Origin: Candidatus Latescibacterota bacterium
GTDB lineage: Bacteria; Latescibacterota; UBA2968
DNA length: 64,000 nt
Reading direction: 5' to 3'
NCBI GenBank assembly: GCA_965207885.1
Contig: OZ242311.1
Coordinates: forward strand, 3,424,001 to 3,488,000
Shown here: piece after piece, positions 19,035 through 27,811 of the stretch
How the letters are laid out: each line of letters opens with the position of its first letter
Numbering within the stretch: the stretch's first letter is position 1
Program-made: the position numbers and the translations under genes
The notes under the pieces: generated by a model
Told to the model about the DNA's origin: nothing
The model's input: only the letters and a program-made list of their open reading frames with translations
Databases searched by the model: none

Positions 19035-19063
19035 TTAGACGCCAGACAGCGAGAAAACCTGCG
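19035..19063 (-). promoter_or_regulatory. Candidate ECF-sigma promoter for the YHYH gene
   Basis: CGCAGG-N16-CGTCTAA; matches a second copy at 19999-20027. Confidence 0.65.
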
Positions 19064-19074
19064 GGCAAAAAACA

Positions 19075-19101
19075 AAAAACTCGACAAGTGCCGAGTTTTT
19101 G
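19075..19101 (-). terminator. Intrinsic terminator after the Spy-like gene
   Basis: Minus strand AAAAACTCGGCA-CT-TGTCGAGTTTTT followed by further T-runs. Confidence 0.7.
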
Positions 19102-19117
19102 CAAAGAGGACTGTATT

Positions 19118-19651
19118 TTATGAACCGTTATTGGGAGGACGAGATCGCCCACGACGTGGGGGACGACTATTGCCCTGCTTCATAAATACTTCATCTAACA
19201 AGGCTTTCAAACTCTCTTCCTGATCTTCGCCAATCAAGGCTTTCAATTTTTGAAAATGTAGGAAGGTCTGTTTCTCAAATTCAAATTGTTTATTGGCAAT
19301 CCGTCTGGCCGCCTGATTTATCTTGAGCGTATCTGCCTTGCTTGTAAACATCTCTACTTGCAACTGATTTCGCTTCAAATCCCGAATTTCATCCCGCAAC
19401 GCCTTGCTCTGCTGAAGATATACACTGTGCAACTTCCTAAATTCTCGAGCTTGTTCCTTACTTAAATCTAGTTCGCGTTCAATAAATCGCAGCATTCTCT
19501 CCCTGTTATCCAACGCATTAGCAGGGCCTCTCACTGGTCGCGGTGGTTTGTTGATTTCTTTGTACCACAATAGAGACAGTGTAGAGATATTAAAAATAAG
19601 AAGCAATGCGATAGCCCACGCACCAAATCCCTTTTGCCAGAAGTTGCTCAT
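19118..19651 (-). CDS. Spy/CpxP/periplasmic heavy-metal-sensor-like protein
   Basis: N-terminal TM anchor, ELDLSKEQ (LTxxQ-like) motif, helical, RPP-rich tail. Confidence 0.75.
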   Translation of the reverse strand: MSNFWQKGFGAWAIALLLIFNISTLSLLWYKEINKPPRPVRGPANALDNRERMLRFIERELDLSKEQAREFRKLHSVYLQQSKALRDEIRDLKRNQLQVEMFTSKADTLKINQAARRIANKQFEFEKQTFLHFQKLKALIGEDQEESLKALLDEVFMKQGNSRPPRRGRSRPPNNGS

Positions 19652-19663
19652 ATAAGCACCCTT

Positions 19664-19975
19664 TTATTCGTCTCCCTCAAGCACATAAAGTTCAGCAAAT
19701 GCACTAATCATCTCACTTCGGTCATAGGCTTCTGTTTGATCGCTTCCAATAAGGTAGGTCACTGTCACAATATTCCAAATAAGCAGTAGCGAGAGAGAAA
19801 CGAATCTCAACACACCAAATGCGAATCGATACTTGTGAGTCACTCTTCGATGCAACCCATCAATCCTTGCCCGAAGTCTTATATAAAAAAAGGGCGAGGG
19901 TTGTAGTCTGTCGGCAGACTCAAAGCTCTGAAGCGTTTGCTCAACAGCTTCTTCTATTTTTCGTTCCCGGCTCAT
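19664..19975 (-). CDS. Putative single-TM anti-sigma factor
   Basis: PSPFFYIRLRARI then one TM helix, directly downstream of an ECF sigma. Start moved to ATG 19975. Confidence 0.65.
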   Translation of the reverse strand: MSRERKIEEAVEQTLQSFESADRLQPSPFFYIRLRARIDGLHRRVTHKYRFAFGVLRFVSLSLLLIWNIVTVTYLIGSDQTEAYDRSEMISAFAELYVLEGDE

Positions 19976-19998
19976 AGACTTTCTTTCCTCATCTATAG

Positions 19999-20027
19999 TT
20001 AGACGTGATTTTTTATAGATCCCTTCG
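19999..20027 (-). promoter_or_regulatory. Candidate ECF-sigma promoter for the anti-sigma/Spy genes
   Basis: CGAAGG-N16-CGTCTAA overlapping the 3' end of the sigma gene. Confidence 0.65.
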
Positions 20028-20612
20028 CATTTTTTTATTTTTAAAATCTTCCTCATAATATCTGTAGAGTTTCTTTCGCAAATTCTTCAGGCCTCGTTGA
20101 ATGAGGGAATCAACAGCCGAAACAGTTGTCTCCATCACATCGGCTACTTCTGCATAGCTGAATCCCTCAAACTTATTTAAAATTATAGCAGTCCGTTGTT
20201 TTTTTGACAAAGATGCCACAGTTTGTCTCAAAATCGCGGCACATTCCTTTGTCTCCAGCACAACCTCGGGTTGAGAGTCTGAAGAAGCGCGCAACTGATT
20301 CTCCACTTCATCAAGCCCCAGAAAATATCTGACCTGTCCAAAGCGCTTTTTGCGGTTTTTCTTTCGCACAAAATCCAGAGACTTATTAACGGCAATACGG
20401 TGAATCCAGGTACTCAACTTCGCATCGTTCCGAAAATTTCCAATTGAGCGATAAATTTCCACAAATACATCTTGTGCCACATCTTCTGCATCCTCCCGAT
20501 GGTTGACAAACCGATAGCACAAATTCAATACGCTCTCCTGGTATTGATCCACAAGTATCTTAAAATCAAAGTCTTCGCCTTGATTTTCTTTATAGAGCTT
20601 TCTTTCTGCCAT
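20013..20612 (-). CDS. ECF RNA polymerase sigma factor
   Basis: DAEDVAQDVF, STWIHRIAVNKSLD, FSYAEVADVM region 4. Confidence 0.93.
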   Translation of the reverse strand: MAERKLYKENQGEDFDFKILVDQYQESVLNLCYRFVNHREDAEDVAQDVFVEIYRSIGNFRNDAKLSTWIHRIAVNKSLDFVRKKNRKKRFGQVRYFLGLDEVENQLRASSDSQPEVVLETKECAAILRQTVASLSKKQRTAIILNKFEGFSYAEVADVMETTVSAVDSLIQRGLKNLRKKLYRYYEEDFKNKKMRRDL

Positions 20613-21232
20613 CACAATTGCCAATCAATAAAATTTCGCCCGTGTTTTTGGCAATAATCACAAATGATAGGCAAAAAGACATCGGCATATTTCTCAAGTT
20701 TCACAGGACCGACACCGGAAACCCGTCCGAATGCTTCCACCGATTGTGGTAATTGGGCAGCCATTTCTCGCAACGTCCTGTCGTGAAAAACAACGAACGC
20801 TGGTACGTGTTCAGCCTCCGCTAACTCTCTGCGTTTAGTGCGAAGTTGCTCGAAAAGTTCCTGGCTATATTCATTTGATTCTTCGGATATTGTATCATGA
20901 ACAGGTTCTTCAGTTATGCGGTCTGCCGAATCCACAGGAAATCCCCAAAACTGCATTTTGCCTCTGTTCACCTCACGCCCATCAGGCCTCAGCTTGAGAC
21001 TGCCGTGTTGTAGGTCTCGATTAAGAAGTCCCTGTTGGAGGAATTGCAGTACCAGATGTTTCCATTGTGTTTTGTTATATTCCCTCCCAGTGCCATAGGT
21101 GGAGAGTTGGTGATGTCGGTTCTTAACAACCTTCTTTGCTTTTGAACCGAGTAATACATTGATAATATGCTCTACACCGAAAATTTGCTTTGTTTCGATA
21201 ACAGAAGAGAGGAATTTGCGAGCCGGATCTGT
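20612..21232 (-). pseudogene. recQ: RecQ helicase C-terminal fragment (RQC + HRDC), 5'-truncated at the IS
   Basis: Frame open to the IS end: TDPARKFLSSV...FGVEHIINVLLGSK...HHQLSTYG...LFEQLRTKRRELAEAEHVPAFVVFHDRTLREMA...GVGPVKLEKY. Confidence 0.88.
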
Positions 21233-21234
21233 TA

Positions 21235-22171
21235 GGTAGTGTCTGAAAAGTAAGCTTTGAAGAGTTGTCTGATACAGGCCAGCTTGACCATAGTGAGAAA
21301 ATGAGTCGCCTTTTTTTCAAATCGGGTCACAATCCGTCGGCAGTGTTTAAGCCAACCAAAGAGACGCTCCACGATATTGCGTTTGGCATATAATCTTTTA
21401 TCACACTTAGGCCGTGGTCCTCTCTTACGCCGTTTTCTGCCTTTGGGAATCGCCTTGTTTGGGATAGCAGCCTTGATACCCCGTTTGCGTAGATAGACTC
21501 TGATGCGTGAGACATCATAAGATTTATCAGCTACCAGATACTTGGGTCGGTTTCTTGGACGCCCTCGTTTGGTGGGTATGCATACCTTTGACAGTAGCCT
21601 TTCAGCCTGTGTGGATTCTGACTGGTTACCAGGGAGAAGATCCACTGCTAAAGGATGCCCGACTGCATCGCAAAGAAGATGGATTTTCGTGGTCAAACCG
21701 CCACGAGAGCGTCCTAAAGCGTGATCTGGGGGCTCTTCTTCACCCTTTTTGCCCTTTTTTTTTCGCTCCTGCCGCGGCTTGTGTGGCTCGAATATGGGTT
21801 GCATCCATCATCCAGGTCGCATAATCTAAAAGACCATCTTCACCCAATTTGAGATGTAGCTTTTCTACAATGCGATCAAAGGTGCCATCCTGTTTCCATT
21901 TGCAGAATCGGTCAAAGGCTGTCTGCCAAGGACCATATCGTTCTGGCAGGTCGCGCCAAGCTGCACCTGAACACAATATCCAGAAGATCCCGTTGAATAA
22001 TGTACGATCATCCCGACGGGGACGACCCATCTTCTTCGGCGGTGGGAACAGGTCTTGGATCAGATGCCAAGCCTCGTCGCGCAGTTCATATCTCCGTTGC
22101 ATATCATACTCCTTGGTTTAGGGCGTATGCTGCAACTAAAATACATACTTTACGACTTTTCAGACACTACC
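21235..22171 (-). mobile_element. IS5-family insertion sequence (IS427-like, two-ORF transposase), copy 1, 937 bp
   Basis: 17-bp TIRs GGTAGTGTCTGAAAAGT flanked by TA; orfA 21740-22102 (WRDLPERYGPW); orfB with GRSRGGLTTKIH, ADKSYD, RNIVERLFGWLK. Confidence 0.95.
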
Positions 22172-23086
22172 TAGTTTTATTCCGCTGTCCGTCACTGGTG
22201 TACACAAAGACCCCAGCATGTACATCAACCACATAGAAGTGGTTGTTCATATACGTGATACCATACGAATTACTGTTGAATCTATCCGGATGGAAGCCTG
22301 AAGGTGCAATCCGCTGTCCGTTACTGGTGTACACAAAGAACTGGTCACGATTAGAATCAGCCACATAGAAGTGGTTGTTCACATACGTGATAGCCGTCGG
22401 CCAACTGTTGGAACCATGCAGATCGAATTCTTTAGTTTCGTCTCGCTGTCCAGCACTGGTGTACACATAGACCTTACCCTCGCTACCACCAAGCACATAG
22501 AAGTGGTTGTTCGCATACGTGATACCACTCGGATAACTATAACTGTTATCGATATCCAAATCGAAGGTCGAGGTTGCTGTGTTTGTTGGCGGCGTTCCAC
22601 CGTTAGAGGGCGGCACTTGACTGCCACCTATGGCAAGCGCATTTTCTATTGCCATACGCGAGGTTGGGACAGTGCCAGTTTTTCCAAAGTTATCAACGAG
22701 TAGCAGGAAATCTGCAACATTGACGTGCCCATCGTAATTGATGTCGCCGTCAATCGGCCACACAATCTGAAACGGATTAAGCGTATTCGTAGTTGAAGAC
22801 CGATTAAACACGATCTCATTACCAGAAGTGATTTCGTCGAAATTGTTGATATTCTCAACCAATTTAACTTTTTCAATCTCAATTTTAAACTCGCTATTCG
22901 CGACATTAACAAGCGTTGTAAACTCCGCCTTTGCCAGAAAGACATCCCCATTTGCTAAAGGGGTTAAAGGGTTTCCAAAAGTCAACGCTACGCCATTGGA
23001 GAGATTCACAGGAACAAATGTGTTTGGATTTTCTGCTCCCACATAAGTCAAAATGGGGCTGGATTTAAAAATGATTTCTACTGCAC
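22167..23086 (-). pseudogene. Internal fragment of a surface protein (cohesin-like, dockerin/EF-hand-like, 44-aa beta-propeller-like repeats) cut by an IS at both ends
   Basis: Frame open from the IS copy 2 border (SAVEIIFKSSPILTYV...), DGDINYDGHVNVADF motif, stop codon supplied by the copy 1 TIR. Confidence 0.75.
22180..22570 (-). repeat. Three intragenic repeats with 132-bp period (ITYxNNHFYV...VYTSxGQR)
   Basis: ACATAGAAGTGGTTGTTC at 22231, 22363 and 22495. Confidence 0.85.
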
Positions 23087-23088
23087 TA

Positions 23089-24025
23089 GGTAGTGTCTGA
23101 AAAGTCGTAAAGTATGTATTTTAGTTGCAGCATACGCCCTAAACCAAGGAGTATGATATGCAACGGAGATATGAACTGCGCGACGAGGCTTGGCATCTGA
23201 TCCAAGACCTGTTCCCACCGCCGAAGAAGATGGGTCGTCCCCGTCGGGATGATCGTACATTATTCAACGGGATCTTCTGGATATTGTGTTCAGGTGCAGC
23301 TTGGCGCGACCTGCCAGAACGATATGGTCCTTGGCAGACAGCCTTTGACCGATTCTGCAAATGGAAACAGGATGGCACCTTTGATCGCATTGTAGAAAAG
23401 CTACATCTCAAATTGGGTGAAGATGGTCTTTTAGATTATGCGACCTGGATGATGGATGCAACCCATATTCGAGCCACACAAGCCGCGGCAGGAGCGAAAA
23501 AAAAAGGGCAAAAAGGGTGAAGAAGAGCCCCCAGATCACGCTTTAGGACGCTCTCGTGGCGGTTTGACCACGAAAATCCATCTTCTTTGCGATGCAGTCG
23601 GGCATCCTTTAGCAGTGGATCTTCTCCCTGGTAACCAGTCAGAATCCACACAGGCTGAAAGGCTACTGTCAAAGGTATGCATACCCACCAAACGAGGGCG
23701 TCCAAGAAACCGACCCAAGTATCTGGTAGCTGATAAATCTTATGATGTCTCACGCATCAGAGTCTATCTACGCAAACGGGGTATCAAGGCTGCTATCCCA
23801 AACAAGGCGATTCCCAAAGGCAGAAAACGGCGTAAGAGAGGACCACGGCCTAAGTGTGATAAAAGATTATATGCCAAACGCAATATCGTGGAGCGTCTCT
23901 TTGGTTGGCTTAAACACTGCCGACGGATTGTGACCCGATTTGAAAAAAAGGCGACTCATTTTCTCACTATGGTCAAGCTGGCCTGTATCAGACAACTCTT
24001 CAAAGCTTACTTTTCAGACACTACC
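23089..24025 (+). mobile_element. IS5-family insertion sequence, copy 2 (inverted, same protein sequences as copy 1), 937 bp
   Basis: Same TIRs and TA flanks; orfA 23158-23520; the orfB stop TAA is formed by the target TA. Confidence 0.95.
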
Positions 24026-24027
24026 TA

Positions 24028-24565
24028 ATACACATGGACTCACCCTACCCCGTTCAATCAATGATGTTCTACAGGGCAGACAACCGGGAGCGAACAAAGA
24101 CATGCGGTCGCGGCATCAGGCATTTGGATTTCGCTTACATTACGATGCCACGCTTGTTTGGGGCGTGATCTTACAAAAGAGTTCGAATTACCGACTCTCA
24201 CCCCACCGTGGGTGAGAGAATATTTTCAGCCAGCTCTGGATCTCATTCGATATGCAGCGGGATTAGAAAAGAAAAATACAACAGACTTTTCTCTCCCCGA
24301 AGAGCCTCGACTGAAACTCCGCAAGTTGGCGCGGCTCGGCGTATTAGGTGGGGCTTGCCTCTTGATGGCACAAGGACGCTTTCGTTCGCTTAAAGGAGTT
24401 GACACAATACCAGTGCTAAAGGCGTCATATCCACAGTGGACCGACTTTCTCAATGAGACCGGAGAGTTGTATATCCACCTGGCGACATCTTCAAGTGAGA
24501 GGGTATCAAAATACCTTTCACAGCTTGTGAAGTGGATGGATTGGATAGAGGAAGAATTGAAGTAG
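24028..24565 (+). pseudogene. 5'-truncated, frameshifted hypothetical gene
   Basis: Frame ...GLTLPRSINDVLQ...YDATLVWG joins RDLTKEFELP... if one G is added to the G-run near 24160. No start codon after the IS. Confidence 0.5.
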
Positions 24566-24624
24566 ATCGCGGAAGCGGTTGGCTATTCGTGGGATTATTA
24601 AGCGTTACAAATATGGAGGAAAAG

Positions 24625-25251
24625 ATGGGTATTCTCAGATCTGCTTTCGGTCCCTCCAAGGACGAAATCTGGACGCAGATTGCTACGGATATAGGTGGTG
24701 AGTTTATTGAAGGTGGATTCTGGGGCACGGATGTGCTCACTTACAAACACGGTGAGTGGCAAATTCTGCTCGATACTTACACGGTTACAACCCCTGCTGG
24801 ACAAGTAACAACGACAACGACACACACTCGGATGCGCGCGCCATTTATAAACAAAGACGGTCTCTATTTCGAGATCTCTCGCGAAGGATTCTTCAGTTCA
24901 ATTGGCAAATTATTCGGCATGAAAGACATAGAAATAGGCGATCCATCTTTTGACAAGCAGTTTGAAATCAAAGGCAATAATCCAGAAAAAATTAAATTGT
25001 TACTCGCCGACGCAAGAATACGAAAGCTATGTGAAACACAGCCGAATATCCATTTCAAGATCAAAGACGATGAAGGCTGGTTTGGCGCTGATTTTCCCGA
25101 AGGCGTTGACGAATTGTATTTTGAATGCAGCGGCGTTATCAAAAAGACAGAGTTATTGAAGTCTTTGTTCGCTCTGTTCGCTCTGACTTTAGAGCGCCTG
25201 GTTCAAATAGATTCCGCGTATGAGAACGATCCCCAGGTCACGTTGAAATAG
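24625..25251 (+). CDS. Conserved hypothetical protein (DUF3137-like)
   Basis: GGAGG RBS; FGPSKDEIW, TRMRAPF, DIEIGDPSFDKQF. Confidence 0.7.
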   Translation: MGILRSAFGPSKDEIWTQIATDIGGEFIEGGFWGTDVLTYKHGEWQILLDTYTVTTPAGQVTTTTTHTRMRAPFINKDGLYFEISREGFFSSIGKLFGMKDIEIGDPSFDKQFEIKGNNPEKIKLLLADARIRKLCETQPNIHFKIKDDEGWFGADFPEGVDELYFECSGVIKKTELLKSLFALFALTLERLVQIDSAYENDPQVTLK

Positions 25252-25287
25252 CGATAGCTCAACAAGCACGCGCTTGAGCCGATGGTT

Positions 25288-26214
25288 CTAAATCCCATCA
25301 GCTTTCTTCACCGCATCCAGCAGGGTATATCCACCCTCATCTACCGCAATCGAGCGCACCCCTCGATACTGGTCGTAAACCGCATTCATCTCATCCACTG
25401 AATCGAAATATCCCACCACGTATGCGGCTCCGACCGTGTCCCCTGCCGCCACCTTTCGACCGTGCAGTTCCTGGATGAAGCAGACATAACCCCGTTGATG
25501 ACACCATGCCTCGTACACATCCGCCGGATCCAGCGTCATCCCAGCCAGCCACACGGATGTGCCATCCTCTTGTCGTTGTTCGTATGCCCGGATAATCCGA
25601 TCGGGAATATCGCCCTCTTTTCGCTGGTAGAGAAATCCCTCATCAGGAGGGAAATCTGCCAGGAACTCTGAAGATTCAATATACCCGTGATAGCTCAAGT
25701 AAATTCGTGTAAAGGAGTCTCCGCCCTTGTGGTGCAAGTGGCCGGGCATGTCGATCCGGTAGAACAGACAGTCCGCGCTGTTGACACAATAAATCCGTTC
25801 ACTTGAAAGCACGTATCGCGTATCCGGCAGAAAGAGCAATGTCTGCTCCCACCGCGATCCGGCCTGGAAACCTTCAACCACGCTCGTGAACGTAAACCAC
25901 TGCCGCACAGCCAGAAACGCCTCACTCTGGATGACCTCATAATCCAACCGCTGTGCTCGCGTACAGATCTGGGGACCTTCCACGACGTGCTTGGGCAGAT
26001 TCCCGTCGTAGATCCGATTTGGCTCCGCATCTCCCCACTCCGGCACGAGCAGGAAGTCCATAATGTGCAGGCCCGAACCCAGATCGGTTACGCCAGTCCG
26101 TTTATCTACAAACGACCTGCTCTTGATCCCGCTTACATATCCCTCGGTCCGCACCGTCGCACAAAGATGCGGTGTTTCGATCTCGAGTTCCGCTCTGCGT
26201 TCGCACCGTATCAT
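25288..26214 (-). CDS. Hypothetical protein, probably co-transcribed with the selenoprotein
   Basis: Long ORF with GGAGA RBS, 42 bp downstream of the selenoprotein stop. Confidence 0.75.
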   Translation of the reverse strand: MIRCERRAELEIETPHLCATVRTEGYVSGIKSRSFVDKRTGVTDLGSGLHIMDFLLVPEWGDAEPNRIYDGNLPKHVVEGPQICTRAQRLDYEVIQSEAFLAVRQWFTFTSVVEGFQAGSRWEQTLLFLPDTRYVLSSERIYCVNSADCLFYRIDMPGHLHHKGGDSFTRIYLSYHGYIESSEFLADFPPDEGFLYQRKEGDIPDRIIRAYEQRQEDGTSVWLAGMTLDPADVYEAWCHQRGYVCFIQELHGRKVAAGDTVGAAYVVGYFDSVDEMNAVYDQYRGVRSIAVDEGGYTLLDAVKKADGI

Positions 26215-26256
26215 TGTCTCTCCAAAAATGCGACAAAACACATCCCGACTATCAAA

Positions 26257-27537
26257 TCACGCATTAAAATACCATTCCAGGCCACCCCGTCTCTGGCACG
26301 CATCCGGCGCTGTGCGATCCCTCACCTCCAGTCCGGCAATCGTCATCGCAATCCCGATAGGTGCAGGCTCCAAATCGTCCTGCCGTACGTTGTAGTCCGT
26401 GCCACCCCATCGCGATCCCACCGCCACAACATCGAACCTCACGAACCGTTCCGTCCGCCGGTCAAAACGGAGATAACCCAACAGCGATGCATCCAGACCC
26501 CGTACCTGGCACGCGCCCTCGTACCAACTCCCCTCCGAGAACAGCTGCGCGGATCCGGAAAGCCTTAAATCAACCCATTCCGGTGTCTCCTCAGTCACCG
26601 TCAATGTCATAGCCGCATCCCGGATCGCCTCGGATGGCCACGAAGACGTTTCCCCTCGAACATAATCCGCCAGATGATAACGCACCAGCCGTCTGACCAG
26701 CCCATCGGGCATGGGGATAACATCGCCCACAGCCGCATCCGGTGGAACCATAGCCAGCACCTCTTCCCGTCGAAACCAGACGTAATCCTGATTGTGCGCC
26801 TCTCGCTTCATTCCCGAAGGCCGCGTATCCACCTCCCGGGGCAGATCCCGAACGCTCAGGTGTAAAACCAATCCGTCTTCAGGATACCCCGTCCAGCTAA
26901 ATGTGGGATCCCGATACGCCAGATCTGCGATTTCCAATGCCTCGTGCTGGGTCTTGCGGTTATCCCAATTCTCCAGCGCCCGTCTCAACATCCACAAAAA
27001 TCGGTCTGGATCGCTACCCACACCATGGACCGAGACCTTGCCTCCCGGAAACAGCCTATTGCGACTACCCAACACTTCCCCCCCTGCCGTCACTGCATAT
27101 AAACCCTGATGATTCAGCCCGTGATCGATATCCTCCAATCTGGCCTGTGCTTCCTCAAAAGAATATCCGTACCTTCCCTGCCAGGAGATCAAGCGCAAAA
27201 ACCGGCCCTCATCATCGGCTTGTCGCTGCAACCGGGTATTGTTTACAGCCACCGGGATAAACCGTTCGTTCAAAAACTCGATCACACGCGGATCTGAAAA
27301 AACGAGCGCACGGCCCGTAACCCCGTTATTTCACGTACACCCCAGGGGATGGCCGTTCATCGCCCAGATAAACAGTGGCTTCTCCTCGCGCGCCGCCTTC
27401 TGTCGCCCCTCCCAGAGTTCTCCGATCCAGGGGATATCTGTCCACCCTTCCTTTTGGGGCCGGCAGGCTTCGAACAACGCCTCAAATGTCTCGTCCGTCA
27501 ACGCCGGAGCGGGATTTGTTATCTCTTTGGGTGCCAT
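26257..27537 (-). CDS. Predicted selenoprotein, thioredoxin-like fold with CxU motif (Sec codon at 27331-27333), 426 aa
   Basis: The 68-aa ORF, TGA, 15 sense codons and the 342-aa ORF are all in one frame: ...WAMNGHPLGCT-U-NNGVTGRALVFSDPRVIEFLNERFIPVAV... Confidence 0.85.
27301..27327 (-). promoter_or_regulatory. Candidate bacterial SECIS element
   Basis: RNA after the UGA: AAU AACGGG G U UACG GGC CGUG C G CUCGUU. Lower stem AACGGG/CUCGUU, bulged U, upper stem UACG/CGUG, G-containing apical loop. Confidence 0.65.
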
Positions 27538-27602
27538 AACACACCTCCGTGTTTCTTCGGGTGAAAATTGATCGCAGTTTAAAAGAATAAGTCAACAATC
27601 GT

Positions 27603-27639
27603 TCAATCTCTCCCCTGTACGAAAAAAACAAGAGATTGA
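27603..27639. promoter_or_regulatory. 9-bp inverted repeat in the divergent promoter region
   Basis: TCAATCTCT-N19-AGAGATTGA; the right arm overlaps TTGACA (27636-27641). Confidence 0.4.
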
Positions 27640-27811
27640 CAAAGGGACTCCTATCCGTAAATTCGCAAATATGATACATAAAATCAAGAGAAGATCATTA
27701 GTAAAATCCATGGTCATCAAACTTGATTTGTCTATGTTTGTAATCTAAATTTGTTTTATTCCGTCTGCTATTTGGCCTGAAGGTAGCCGCTTGTTAACAC
27801 AAGGAGTATGG

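Noticed and set aside
22180-22570. Regularly spaced DNA repeats resembling a CRISPR array
   Set aside because: The 132-bp period is in frame and encodes 44-aa protein repeats; there are no cas genes.
24566-25287. Possible integron cassette (attC-like) boundaries around the DUF3137-like gene
   Set aside because: No convincing RYYYAAC...GTTRRRY pair and no integrase; only a short GCTCAA/TTGAGC hairpin.
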